Of a DNA stretch of 32,084 nt, positions 18,728 through 28,986 are shown one piece after another. The position numbers and the translations under genes were made by a program. This DNA comes from a virus. Lineage: Duplodnaviria > Heunggongvirae > Uroviricota > Caudoviricetes. The notes under the pieces were generated by a model, which saw only the letters and a program-made list of their open reading frames with translations, had not been told where the DNA came from and did no database searches. Each line of letters begins with the position of its first letter. The stretch's first letter is position 1. The DNA lies in the IMG/VR virus record IMGVR_UViG_2802429222_000004. One strand, 5' to 3'.

Positions 18728-19071
18728 CAGCGCGTTATCTCGGAATGAATCGCAGTGATGGCCTGACGGTCACTGACCTTGAGCATATCAGCCAGAGTAT
18801 CGGCGATATCCTGCGCACACCGGTCGGCTCACGGGTGATGCGCCGTGATTACGGCTCGTTGCTGGCGTCAATGATTGACCAGCCGCAGACCCCGGCGCTT
18901 GAGTTGCAGATTAAGGTCGCCTGTTACATGGCGGTGCTGAAATGGGAACCCCGCGTCACCCTGTCATCCGTCACCACGGCGCGCAGTTTTGACGGGCGAA
19001 TGACGGTCACGTTAACCGGTCAGCACAACGACACCGGTCAGCCACTTTCGTTAACCATCCCTGTGAGTTGA
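18724..19071 (+). CDS. W: Baseplate wedge protein W (gp25-like, 115 aa)
   Basis: 115 aa, matching P2 W. Confidence 0.85.
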   Translation: MTARYLGMNRSDGLTVTDLEHISQSIGDILRTPVGSRVMRRDYGSLLASMIDQPQTPALELQIKVACYMAVLKWEPRVTLSSVTTARSFDGRMTVTLTGQHNDTGQPLSLTIPVS

Positions 19072-19075
19072 AACC

Positions 19076-19984
19076 ATGCCGATTATCGACCTGAACCAGC
19101 TACCCGCACCGGATGTGGTCGAGGAGCTGGACTTTGAAACCATTCTTGCCGAACGCAAGGCGACACTGATTTCCCTTTACCCGGAAGACCAGCAGGAGGT
19201 GGTCGCCCGTACCCTGACGCTGGAATCGGAGCCTCTCGTCAAACTGCTGGAAGAAAATGCTTATCGTGAGCTTATCTGGCGTCAGCGTGTGAATGAGGCC
19301 GCACGGGCGGTGATGCTGGCCTGTGCCGCCGGTAATGACCTTGATGTGATTGGTGCCAATTACAACACCACACGCCTGATTATCATCCCGGCAGATGATT
19401 CGACCATCCCGCCGACACCGGCAGTGATGGAATCTGACACCGATTATCGTCTGCGTATTCAGCAGGCGTTTGAAGGTTTAAGCGTTGCCGGGTCGGTGGG
19501 AGCCTATCAGTATCATGGTCGCAGTGCCGACGGGCGTGTCGCGGATATCTCTGTCACCAGTCCGTCTCCGGCCTGTGTCACTATCTCCGTGCTGTCCCGA
19601 GAAAATAACGGTGTCGCATCCGAAGACCTGCTGGCTGTGGTGCGTAACGCTCTTAATGGCGAGGACGTCAGGCCGGTGGCTGACCGTGTGACCGTGCAGT
19701 CTGCCGCCATTGTTGAATACCAGATAAACGCCACGCTGTATCTTTACCCTGGTCCAGAAAGCGAACCCATCCGCGCCGCCGCCGTGAAAAAACTGGAAGC
19801 GTACATCACGGCACAGCACCGGCTGGGGCGCGACATCCGTCTGTCTGCCATTTATGCCGCTTTGCATGTGGAAGGCGTGCAGCGTGTCGAACTGACTGCA
19901 CCGCTGGCTGACATCGTGCTCAACAGTACGCAGGCGTCTTTCTGCACCGAATACAGCGTCGTGACCGGAGGCTCGGATGAGTGA
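19076..19984 (+). CDS. J: Baseplate protein J (302 aa)
   Basis: 302 aa, matching P2 J. Confidence 0.85.
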   Translation: MPIIDLNQLPAPDVVEELDFETILAERKATLISLYPEDQQEVVARTLTLESEPLVKLLEENAYRELIWRQRVNEAARAVMLACAAGNDLDVIGANYNTTRLIIIPADDSTIPPTPAVMESDTDYRLRIQQAFEGLSVAGSVGAYQYHGRSADGRVADISVTSPSPACVTISVLSRENNGVASEDLLAVVRNALNGEDVRPVADRVTVQSAAIVEYQINATLYLYPGPESEPIRAAAVKKLEAYITAQHRLGRDIRLSAIYAALHVEGVQRVELTAPLADIVLNSTQASFCTEYSVVTGGSDE

Positions 19985-20507
19985 TTCGCGACTGCTGCCG
20001 ACCGGCTCATCACCGCTTGAGATCGCCGCCGCAAAAGCCTGTGCGGAAATTGAAAAAACACCGGTCAGTATTCGTGAGCTGTGGAACCCGGACTCCTGTC
20101 CGGCAAATCTGCTGCCGTGGCTGGCGTGGGCGTTTTCGGTCGACAGGTGGGATGAAAAGTGGCCGGAAGCGACAAAACGCGCCGTTATCCGCGATGCCTA
20201 TTTCATCCACTGTCATAAAGGCACTATCGGCGCAATCCGACGCGTGGTGGAGCCGCTCGGCTATCTCATTAACGTAAAGGAATGGTGGGAGACAAACGAC
20301 CCGCCCGGAACCTTTCGCCTTGATATCGGCGTACTGGAAAGCGGCATCACGGAGGAGATGTATCTGGAAATGGAACGGCTGATTGCCGATGCCAAACCCG
20401 CAAGTCGCCACCTTATCGGTCTGAACATTATCCAGGACATTCCCGGCTGTCTGTATACAGGCGGTGTGGTCTGTGATGGTGATGTTATTACTGTTTATCC
20501 CGGATAA
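19977..20507 (+). CDS. I: Baseplate protein I (176 aa)
   Basis: 176 aa, matching P2 I. Confidence 0.85.
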   Translation: MSDSRLLPTGSSPLEIAAAKACAEIEKTPVSIRELWNPDSCPANLLPWLAWAFSVDRWDEKWPEATKRAVIRDAYFIHCHKGTIGAIRRVVEPLGYLINVKEWWETNDPPGTFRLDIGVLESGITEEMYLEMERLIADAKPASRHLIGLNIIQDIPGCLYTGGVVCDGDVITVYPG

Positions 20508-20517
20508 GTGAGAAACA

Positions 20518-23136
20518 ATGAGCACGAAATTTAAAACCGTTATCACTACTGCCGGAGCCGCAAAGCTGGCAGCCGCCACTGTCCCCGGCGGGAAAAAAGT
20601 AAACCTGTCTGCAATGGCCGTGGGTGATGGTAATGGCAAATTGCCGGTGCCGGATACCGGTCAGACGAAGCTGGTGCATGAGGTCTGGCGTCATGCCCTG
20701 AATAAAGTCAGCGTGGATAATAAGAATAAAAACTATATCGTGGCTGAACTGGTTGTTCCGCCAGAAGTGGGCGGCTTCTGGATGCGTGAGCTTGGTCTGT
20801 ATGACGATGCCGGAACACTGATTGCGGTATCCAACATGGCAGAAAGCTATAAGCCTGAACTCGCTGAAGGCTCCGGGCGTGCGCAGACCTGCCGCATGGT
20901 TATTATTGTCAGTAACGTGGCGTCCGTTGAGCTGAGTATTGATGCCAGCACGGTGATGGCGACGCAGGATTACGTCGATGACAAAATCGCAGAGCATGAG
21001 CAGTCCCGCCGCCATCCTGACGCCACACTGACAGAAAAAGGCTTTACTCAGTTAAGCAGCACAACAAACAGCACCAGTGAAAAGCTGGCGGCAACGCCAA
21101 AGGCAGTAAAAGCAGCCTATGACAATGCTGAGAAACGTCTGCAGAAAGACCAGAACGGTGGCGATATTCCAGATAAGGGCGCTTTTCTGGACAATGTTGG
21201 CGTTACCAGCCTGACGTTTATGAAAAACAACGGCGAAATGCCGGTTGATGCTGATCTGAATACATTTGGTCCCGTTAAAGCTTATCTGGGTACATGGTCA
21301 AAAGGCACTTCGACTAATGCACAGATAGCCAAACACTTCCCGGAAGAGAATGCCGTTGGTGTCCTGGAAGTATTTGCAGCAGGAAATTTTAACGGAACAC
21401 AGCGTTACACTGTTCGCAATGGAAATACTTATATTCGCCACCTGACGGCTAAATGGAACGGCAAAGATGGTCCGTGGAGCGTATGGCGTAACGTTCAGGG
21501 GACGGCCAGAACGCTGGATGACAGTATGGATCTCGATTTTCTGGCCGGGGAGGATAACCTGGGTACATGGAGAAACAGTTCCAGTACGTTAGCTTCTCTT
21601 GCGTTGCACTATCCCGAAGCTGGTAGTTACGCGCAGGGAGTGCTTGAAGTTATGAAAGGTGGTGGATTCAGTTATACCCAGCGTTATACCACTCGCCGTG
21701 GGAACATGTATGTCCGCTGCCTTGCTGCAAACTGGGATGCATCAAACCCACAGTGGGAACCGTGGCTGAGAATTGGCAGCCAGACTGCAAGCAGCTTTTA
21801 TGACGGTGATTTGAATGATCTAACCGACCCTGGTATTTACAGTGTGACGGGTAAAGCAACCAATGGTCCATTGCTGGATTCATCTGGTGCAACACTACTA
21901 GGGGTGTTAGAGGTTATCAGACGTTTTGATTACGTTGCTGTATTGCAACGCTATACCACTACAGGGACAGGAACGACAACGAAAGGTCGCACGTTTGAGC
22001 GCGTCTATACCGGCAGTTCGTGGAGCGAATGGCGGGAAGTCTACACCTCGTATTCACTTCCCCTGAATCTGGGTATCGGCGGTGCTGTGGCAAAGCTCAC
22101 TAGCCTGGACTGGCAGACCTACGACTTTGTGCCGGGCAGTCTGATAACCGTTCGGCTTGATAACATGACCAACATTCCCGACGGTATGGACTGGGGCGTC
22201 ATTGATGGCAACCTGATAAACATCGCAGTTGGTCCGAGTGATGATTCCGGTACGGGGCGCTCAATGCATGTATGGCGCAGCACTGTAAGTAAAGCGAACT
22301 ACCGCTTTTTTATGGTGCGTATTTCAGGAAATCCGGGAAGCCGCACGATCACGACAAGACGTGTGCCAATTATTGACGAAGCTCAGACATGGGCGGCGAA
22401 ACAGACATTCAGCGGTGGTCTTTCAGGCGAACTGTCCGGCAATGCGGCTACAGCAACAAAGCTGAAAACGGCAAGGACAATTAACGGCGTAAAATTTGAC
22501 GGCTCGGCAAATATTGAAGCGTTTCCGCCAGGTGTTCCGCTGCCGTGGCCATCAGATACACCACCTGCAGGCTATGCAATTATGCAGGGGCAGACGTTTG
22601 ATAAGGCAGCATATCCGAAACTGGCTATAGCCTATCCTTCTGGTGTTATTCCGGATATGCGCGGTTGGACAATCAAGGGCAAACCCGCCAGTGGGCGTGC
22701 TGTATTGTCACAGGAACAGGACGGGATTAAATCGCATACTCACAGCGCCAGTGCGTCAAATACGGATTTGGGAACGAAAACAACCAGTTCGTTTGATTAC
22801 GGGACGAAGACAGTCAGTACGTTTAACTACGGAACAAAAACCACTAATACCACTGGTAACCATACACATACCATTTACAGAGGGAATGCCAATACTAATG
22901 GTGAAACCGGTAAAACAGGCTTTGACAACCCATCGTTTAATGGCACATCAGGAGCTGCCGGGAATCATGCCCACACGGTAGATATTGGTGCACATAATCA
23001 TACGGTTGGTATTGGTGCACATTCACACACGGTTGCTATTGGCTCACACGGGCACTCTATTACCGTTAATGCTACAGGTAATACAGAAAACACCGTCAAA
23101 AACATCGCATTTAACTATATTGTGAGGCTTGCATAA
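20518..23136 (+). CDS. H: Tail fibre protein H (872 aa, mosaic extended C-terminus)
   Basis: The N-terminus ([24 protein letters not shown]...) is the conserved P2 H-type baseplate-attachment domain. The C-terminal part is longer than P2 H (669 aa) and ends in GTKT and HxHT repeats. Confidence 0.85.
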   Translation: MSTKFKTVITTAGAAKLAAATVPGGKKVNLSAMAVGDGNGKLPVPDTGQTKLVHEVWRHALNKVSVDNKNKNYIVAELVVPPEVGGFWMRELGLYDDAGTLIAVSNMAESYKPELAEGSGRAQTCRMVIIVSNVASVELSIDASTVMATQDYVDDKIAEHEQSRRHPDATLTEKGFTQLSSTTNSTSEKLAATPKAVKAAYDNAEKRLQKDQNGGDIPDKGAFLDNVGVTSLTFMKNNGEMPVDADLNTFGPVKAYLGTWSKGTSTNAQIAKHFPEENAVGVLEVFAAGNFNGTQRYTVRNGNTYIRHLTAKWNGKDGPWSVWRNVQGTARTLDDSMDLDFLAGEDNLGTWRNSSSTLASLALHYPEAGSYAQGVLEVMKGGGFSYTQRYTTRRGNMYVRCLAANWDASNPQWEPWLRIGSQTASSFYDGDLNDLTDPGIYSVTGKATNGPLLDSSGATLLGVLEVIRRFDYVAVLQRYTTTGTGTTTKGRTFERVYTGSSWSEWREVYTSYSLPLNLGIGGAVAKLTSLDWQTYDFVPGSLITVRLDNMTNIPDGMDWGVIDGNLINIAVGPSDDSGTGRSMHVWRSTVSKANYRFFMVRISGNPGSRTITTRRVPIIDEAQTWAAKQTFSGGLSGELSGNAATATKLKTARTINGVKFDGSANIEAFPPGVPLPWPSDTPPAGYAIMQGQTFDKAAYPKLAIAYPSGVIPDMRGWTIKGKPASGRAVLSQEQDGIKSHTHSASASNTDLGTKTTSSFDYGTKTVSTFNYGTKTTNTTGNHTHTIYRGNANTNGETGKTGFDNPSFNGTSGAAGNHAHTVDIGAHNHTVGIGAHSHTVAIGSHGHSITVNATGNTENTVKNIAFNYIVRLA

Positions 23137-23714
23137 TGGCTTTCAGAATGAGTGCAGAAGCACAAACTATCCGCGTTTTCAATTTACTTAATGGAACCAA
23201 TGAGTTTATTGGCGAAAGTGATGCATATATTCCGCCGTATACTGGCCTGCCTGCAAACAGTACAGATATTGCACCGCCTGATATTCCTGCTGGTTATGCA
23301 GCCGTTTTCAATGCAGATGAAATGAAATGGGAACTGATGGAAGACCATCGCGGAAAGACCGTCTACGAAACGAAAACAGGAGCAGCCATTTATATTTCTG
23401 AACTTGGCGTATTACCTCCAGACGTGACAGCTATTTCCCCGGAGGGGGATTATCAGAAATGGGACGGAAATGCGTGGGTGAATGATGAGAATGCAGAACG
23501 TGATGCGCTTGTCAGAGCGGCGGAGTCTCAGAAGAAAGAGCAGATTGCATATGCAGGTGAAATTATTGCCACGCTGCAGGATGCTGTCGATTTAGATATG
23601 GCTACCGAGGAAGAAAAGTTAAGCCTGACACACTGGAAAAAATACCGTGTGCTACTGAATCGCGTTCAGCCGGAAAATGCCCCGGATATTGAATGGCCGG
23701 AACTACCGCAATAA
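23136..23714 (+). CDS. G: Tail fibre assembly chaperone G (192 aa)
   Basis: Start overlaps the H stop, at the position of P2 G. Confidence 0.8.
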   Translation: MAFRMSAEAQTIRVFNLLNGTNEFIGESDAYIPPYTGLPANSTDIAPPDIPAGYAAVFNADEMKWELMEDHRGKTVYETKTGAAIYISELGVLPPDVTAISPEGDYQKWDGNAWVNDENAERDALVRAAESQKKEQIAYAGEIIATLQDAVDLDMATEEEKLSLTHWKKYRVLLNRVQPENAPDIEWPELPQ

Positions 23715-23719
23715 ACACA

Positions 23720-23746
23720 GGCGGGCTGATTGCCCGCCTTTTCTTT
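23720..23746 (+). terminator. Rho-independent terminator after G
   Basis: GGCGGGC-TGATT-GCCCGCC hairpin followed by TTTTCTTT. Confidence 0.7.
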
Positions 23747-23846
23747 ACCGGTGGTTGTGCTGTTGATTAGCCAACCGGGACAAATAGCCTGACATCTCCG
23801 GCACAACTGAAAATACCACTCACCCATTAACCACGGAGTTAAACGG

Positions 23847-25037
23847 ATGAGTGACTATCATCACGGCGTGCAGGTGCTGGAGATTAACGACGGCACCCGC
23901 GTCATTTCCACCGTATCCACGGCCATTGTCGGCATGGTCTGTACGGCCAGCGATGCGGATGTCGAAACCTTCCCCCTCAATAAACCGGTACTGATTACCA
24001 ATGTGCAGAGCGCAATTGCAAAGGCCGGTAAAAAAGGCACGCTGGCGGCATCGTTGCAGGCCATCTCCGACCAGTCAAAACCGGTCACCGTTGTCGTACG
24101 TGTGGAAGACGGCACCGGCGACGACGAGGAAACGAAACTCGCGCAGACCGTTTCCAATATCATCGGCACCACTGACGAAAACGGTCAGTACACCGGACTG
24201 AAAGCCCTGCTGGCGGCGGAGTCGGTAACCGGTGTTAAACCGCGTATTCTTGGTGTGCCGGGGCTGGATACCAAAGAGGTGGCTGTTGCACTGGCATCAG
24301 TCTGTCAGAAGCTGCGCGCTTTCGGATATATCAGCGCATGGGGCTGTAAGACCATTTCCGAGGTGAAAGCCTATCGCCAGAATTTCAGTCAGCGTGAGCT
24401 GATGGTCATCTGGCCGGATTTCCTCGCATGGGATACGGTCACCAGTACCACCGCCACCGCGTATGCCACCGCCCGTGCACTGGGCCTGCGCGCTAAAATC
24501 GACCAGGAGCAGGGCTGGCATAAAACGCTGTCCAATGTCGGGGTGAACGGTGTTACCGGCATCAGCGCATCTGTATTCTGGGATTTGCAGGAGTCCGGCA
24601 CCGATGCTGACCTGCTTAACGAGTCAGGCGTCACTACGCTGATTCGCCGTGACGGTTTCCGCTTCTGGGGTAACCGTACCTGCTCTGATGACCCGCTGTT
24701 CCTCTTTGAAAACTACACCCGCACCGCGCAGGTGTTGGCCGACACGATGGCTGAGGCGCACATGTGGGCGGTGGACAAACCCATCACCGCAACGCTGATT
24801 CGCGACATCGTTGACGGCATCAATGCCAAATTCCGTGAGCTGAAAACAAACGGCTATATCGTGGATGCGACCTGCTGGTTCAGCGAAGAATCCAACGATG
24901 CGGAAACCCTCAAGGCCGGAAAACTGTATATCGACTACGACTATACCCCGGTGCCTCCTCTTGAAAACCTGACCCTGCGCCAGCGTATTACTGATAAATA
25001 CCTGGCAAATCTGGTCACCTCGGTTAACAGCAATTAA
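23847..25037 (+). CDS. FI: Contractile tail sheath protein FI (396 aa)
   Basis: 396 aa, matching P2 FI. Confidence 0.9.
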   Translation: MSDYHHGVQVLEINDGTRVISTVSTAIVGMVCTASDADVETFPLNKPVLITNVQSAIAKAGKKGTLAASLQAISDQSKPVTVVVRVEDGTGDDEETKLAQTVSNIIGTTDENGQYTGLKALLAAESVTGVKPRILGVPGLDTKEVAVALASVCQKLRAFGYISAWGCKTISEVKAYRQNFSQRELMVIWPDFLAWDTVTSTTATAYATARALGLRAKIDQEQGWHKTLSNVGVNGVTGISASVFWDLQESGTDADLLNESGVTTLIRRDGFRFWGNRTCSDDPLFLFENYTRTAQVLADTMAEAHMWAVDKPITATLIRDIVDGINAKFRELKTNGYIVDATCWFSEESNDAETLKAGKLYIDYDYTPVPPLENLTLRQRITDKYLANLVTSVNSN

Positions 25038-25049
25038 GGAGCCTGACCG

Positions 25050-25568
25050 ATGGCAATGCCGCGCAAACTCAAATACATGAATGTCTTTCTGAACGGCTAC
25101 AGCTATCAGGGCGTTGCAACGTCCGTCACGCTGCCAAAACTGACCCGTAAGCTCGAAAATTATCGCGGTGCGGGGATGAACGGCAGCGCACCGGTAGACC
25201 TCGGCCTTGATGACGATGCGCTGTCAATGGAGTGGTCGCTCGGGGGGTTCCCGGATTCGGTTATCTGGGAGCTTTACGCTGCAACCAGTGTTGATGCCGT
25301 ACCGATTCGTTTTGCTGGTTCTTACCAGCGCGACGATACCGGCGAAACGGTGGCCGTCGAAGTGGTCATGCGTGGGCGTCAGAAAGAAGTCGACACCGGA
25401 GAGGGTAAACAGGGAGAGGATACCGAATCGAAACTCCCGGTGATTTGTACTTATTTCAAGTTGACGATGGACGGTAAGGAGCTGGTCGAAATCGACACCA
25501 TCAACATGATTGAGAAGGTGAACGGCGTCGACCGGCTGGAGCAACACCGCCGTAATATCGGCCTGTGA
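25050..25568 (+). CDS. FII: Tail tube protein FII (172 aa)
   Basis: 172 aa, matching P2 FII. Confidence 0.9.
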   Translation: MAMPRKLKYMNVFLNGYSYQGVATSVTLPKLTRKLENYRGAGMNGSAPVDLGLDDDALSMEWSLGGFPDSVIWELYAATSVDAVPIRFAGSYQRDDTGETVAVEVVMRGRQKEVDTGEGKQGEDTESKLPVICTYFKLTMDGKELVEIDTINMIEKVNGVDRLEQHRRNIGL

Positions 25569-25624
25569 TTTTCATACGGTCAGCCAGGCTGACCGGTTAA
25601 CCCTGATTCAGAAGTGAGAAAACC

Positions 25625-25900
25625 ATGAACAAAGAAAATGTGATTACCCTGGACAATCCGGTCAAGCGTGGTGAGCAGGTTATCGAACAGGTCACGCTGA
25701 TGAAACCCAATGCCGGGACGCTGCGCGGTGTCAGTCTGGCAGCGGTCGCGAACTCCGAAGTCGATGCACTGATTAAGGTGCTGCCGCGCATGACGGCACC
25801 GATGCTGACCGAGCAGGAAGTCGCCGCGCTGGAACTGCCTGACCTTGTGGCGCTGGCCGGTAAGGTGGTCGGTTTTTTGTCGCCGAACTCGGTGCAGTAA
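25625..25900 (+). CDS. E: Tail assembly chaperone E (91 aa), with an E+E' frameshift product extending to 26052
   Basis: 91 aa as in P2 E. The slippery run TTTTTTG at 25873-25879 lies near the 3' end, and the -1 frame stays open to the TAA at 26050-26052. Confidence 0.85.
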   Translation: MNKENVITLDNPVKRGEQVIEQVTLMKPNAGTLRGVSLAAVANSEVDALIKVLPRMTAPMLTEQEVAALELPDLVALAGKVVGFLSPNSVQ

Positions 25901-26044
25901 CGTTTCCGAAAAATCTCTCGGTCGATGACCTGATGGCGGATGTGGCAGTGATATTTCACTGGCCGCCATCAGAACTGTATCCCATGAGCCTGACCGAACT
26001 CATCACATGGCGAGAAAAGGCGCTCCGGCGAAGCGGAAACACGA

Positions 26045-28492
26045 ATGAGTAACAATGTAAAATTACAGGTATTGCTCAGGGCTGTTGACCAGGCATCCCG
26101 CCCGTTTAAATCCATCCGCACAGCGAGTAAGTCGCTGTCGGGGGATATCCGGGAAACACAAAAATCACTGCGCGAGCTGAACGGTCACGCATCCCGTATT
26201 GAGGGATTCCGCAAGACCAGTGCACAGCTCGCCGTGACTGGTCATGCACTTGAAAAGGCTCGGCAGGAAGCCGAAGCCCTTGCCACACAGTTTAAAAACA
26301 CCGAACGTCCGACCCGTGCTCAGGCGAAAGTGCTGGAATCCGCAAAGCGTGCGGCGGAGGACTTACAGGCGAAATATAACCGCCTGACGGATTCCGTTAA
26401 ACGCCAGCAGCGGGAACTGGCCGCTGTGGGAATTAATACCCGCAATCTTGCACATGATGAGCAGGGACTGAAAAACCGTATCAGTGAAACCACCGCACAG
26501 CTTAACCGGCAGCGTGACGCGCTGGCGCGTGTCAGTGCGCAACAGGCAAAACTTAACGCAGTCAAACAGCGTTATCAGGCCGGCAAGGAACTGGCCGGAA
26601 ATATGGCCTCAGTGGGCGCTGCCGGTGTGGGGATTGCGGCGGCGGGAACGATGGCCGGAGTTAAGCTGCTGATGCCCGGTTATGAGTTTGCGCAGAAAAA
26701 CTCAGAATTACAGGCTGTGCTCGGAGTGGCAAAAGACTCCGCCGAAATGGCCGCGCTCCGCAAACAGGCGCGCCAGCTCGGCGACAACACCGCCGCCTCG
26801 GCGGATGATGCAGCCGGTGCGCAGATTATCATTGCGAAAGCCGGTGGGGATGTTGATGCCATTCAGGCGGCAACGCCGGTCACGCTGAATATGGCGCTGG
26901 CGAACCGTCGCACGATGGAAGAAAACGCCGCCCTGTTGATGGGGATGAAATCCGCCTTTCAGCTTTCAAACGATAAGGTCGCTCATATCGGGGATGTTCT
27001 CTCCATGACGATGAACAAAACCGCCGCCGATTTTGACGGCATGAGCGATGCGCTGACCTATGCCGCACCTGTGGCAAAAAATGCCGGTGTCAGCATTGAA
27101 GAAACCGCCGCAATGGTCGGGGCGCTGCATGATGCAAAAATCACAGGCTCAATGGCGGGGACGGGAAGCCGTGCCGTGTTAAGTCGCCTGCAGGCACCAA
27201 CGGGAAAAGCATGGGATGCACTCAAAGAGCTTGGCGTAAAAACCTCAGACAGTAAGGGGAATACCCGACCAGTATTTACCATTCTGAAAGAAATGCAGGC
27301 CAGTTTTGAGAAAAACCGGCTCGGTACTGCCCAGCAGGCTGAATACATGAAAACCATTTTCGGGGAGGAGGCCAGCTCAGCCGCCGCCGTGCTGATGACT
27401 GCCGCCTCAACCGGAAAGCTGGACAAACTGACCGCTGCGTTTAAAGCCTCAGACGGGAAGACCGCCGAGCTGGTAAATATCATGCAGGACAACCTCGGCG
27501 GTGACTTTAAAGAGTTTCAGTCCGCTTATGAGGCGGTGGGGACTGACCTGTTTGACCAGCAGGAAGGCGCACTGCGTAAGCTCACGCAGACGGCCACAAA
27601 GTATGTGTTAAAACTCGACGGCTGGATCCAGAAAAACAAATCACTGGCGTCAACCATCGGCCTCATTGCCGGTGGCGCACTGGCGCTTACTGGCATCATC
27701 GGTGCCATTGGTCTTGTAGCCTGGCCGGTTATCACCGGCATCAATGCCATCATTGCTGCAGCAGGCGCAATGGGGGCAATTTTCACGACGGTTGGCAGTG
27801 CCGTTATGACGGCCATCGGGGCGATTAGCTGGCCGGTAGTGGCCGTGGTGGCCGCCATTGTCGCCGGAGCGTTACTTATCCGTAAATACTGGGAGCCTGT
27901 CAGCGCATTCTTTGGCGGTGTGGTGGAAGGGCTGAAAGCGGCATTTGCGCCGGTGGGAGAACTGTTCACGCCACTTAAGCCGGTGTTTGACTGGCTGGGT
28001 GAAAAGTTACAGGCTGCGTGGCAGTGGTTTAAAAACCTGATTGCCCCGGTCAAAGCCACCCAGGACACCCTGAACCGTTGCCGTGACACGGGCGTCATGT
28101 TCGGGCAGGCACTGGCTGACGCGCTGATGCTGCCGCTTAATGCGTTCAACAAATTACGCAGCGGCATTGACTGGGTACTGGAAAAGCTCGGGTTCATCAA
28201 CAAAGAGTCAGACACACTTGACCAGACAGCCGCCAGAACTCATGCCGCCACGTATGGCACCGGTGGTTATATTCCGGCGACCAGCTCTTATGCAGGTTAT
28301 CAGGCTTATCAGCCGGTTACGGCACCGGCTGGCCGCTCTTATGTGGACCAGAGTAAAAACGAATATCACATCAGCCTGACGGGTGGTACTGCGCCGGGGA
28401 CACAGCTTGACCGCCAGTTACAGGATGCGCTCGAAAAATACGAGCGGGATAAACGTGCGCGCGCCCGTGCCAGCATGATGCATGACGGTTAA
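26045..28492 (+). CDS. T: Tail tape measure protein T (815 aa)
   Basis: 815 aa, matching P2 T. Coiled-coil N-terminal part, Gly/Ala-rich hydrophobic central segment. Confidence 0.9.
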   Translation: MSNNVKLQVLLRAVDQASRPFKSIRTASKSLSGDIRETQKSLRELNGHASRIEGFRKTSAQLAVTGHALEKARQEAEALATQFKNTERPTRAQAKVLESAKRAAEDLQAKYNRLTDSVKRQQRELAAVGINTRNLAHDEQGLKNRISETTAQLNRQRDALARVSAQQAKLNAVKQRYQAGKELAGNMASVGAAGVGIAAAGTMAGVKLLMPGYEFAQKNSELQAVLGVAKDSAEMAALRKQARQLGDNTAASADDAAGAQIIIAKAGGDVDAIQAATPVTLNMALANRRTMEENAALLMGMKSAFQLSNDKVAHIGDVLSMTMNKTAADFDGMSDALTYAAPVAKNAGVSIEETAAMVGALHDAKITGSMAGTGSRAVLSRLQAPTGKAWDALKELGVKTSDSKGNTRPVFTILKEMQASFEKNRLGTAQQAEYMKTIFGEEASSAAAVLMTAASTGKLDKLTAAFKASDGKTAELVNIMQDNLGGDFKEFQSAYEAVGTDLFDQQEGALRKLTQTATKYVLKLDGWIQKNKSLASTIGLIAGGALALTGIIGAIGLVAWPVITGINAIIAAAGAMGAIFTTVGSAVMTAIGAISWPVVAVVAAIVAGALLIRKYWEPVSAFFGGVVEGLKAAFAPVGELFTPLKPVFDWLGEKLQAAWQWFKNLIAPVKATQDTLNRCRDTGVMFGQALADALMLPLNAFNKLRSGIDWVLEKLGFINKESDTLDQTAARTHAATYGTGGYIPATSSYAGYQAYQPVTAPAGRSYVDQSKNEYHISLTGGTAPGTQLDRQLQDALEKYERDKRARARASMMHDG

Positions 28493-28506
28493 GGAGGTGA
28501 TGAAAA

Positions 28507-28986
28507 ATGATGCTCGCGTTAGGGATGTTTGTTTTTATGCGCCAGACGCTGCCACACCAGACCATGCAGCGTGAATCAGATTATCGCTGGCCGTCAAATT
28601 CCCGTATCGGTAAACGGGATGCCTACCAGTTTCTCGGTGTGGGTGAGGAAAACATGACGCTGGCCGGTGTGCTTTATCCCGAACTGACCGGCGGCAAGCT
28701 GACGATGACCACGCTCAGGCTGATGGCAGAGGAGGGACGGGCGTGGCCGTTGCTGGATGGCACCGGCATGATTTACGGCATGTATGTCATCAGCAGGGTG
28801 AGTGAAACAGGGAGTATTTTCTTTGCAGACGGCACACCCCGGAAAATTGATTTTACGCTGTCACTCACCCGCGTTGATGAATCACTGGCCGCGCTTTATG
28901 GCGATATCGGTAAACAGGCGGAGTCGCTCATCGGTAAGGCCGGTAGTCTGGCGACCAGATTCACGGGTATGACGGGGGCGGGATAA
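28507..28986 (+). CDS. U: Tail protein U (159 aa)
   Basis: 159 aa, matching P2 U. Confidence 0.85.
   Translation: MMLALGMFVFMRQTLPHQTMQRESDYRWPSNSRIGKRDAYQFLGVGEENMTLAGVLYPELTGGKLTMTTLRLMAEEGRAWPLLDGTGMIYGMYVISRVSETGSIFFADGTPRKIDFTLSLTRVDESLAALYGDIGKQAESLIGKAGSLATRFTGMTGAG

Noticed and set aside
26106-28565. Multiple minus-strand ORFs inside the tape measure gene T (for example 27526..28215, 229 aa)
   Set aside because: The T reading frame is continuous for 815 aa with the expected composition. The antisense ORFs are Ala/Ser/Pro-rich low-complexity artefacts.
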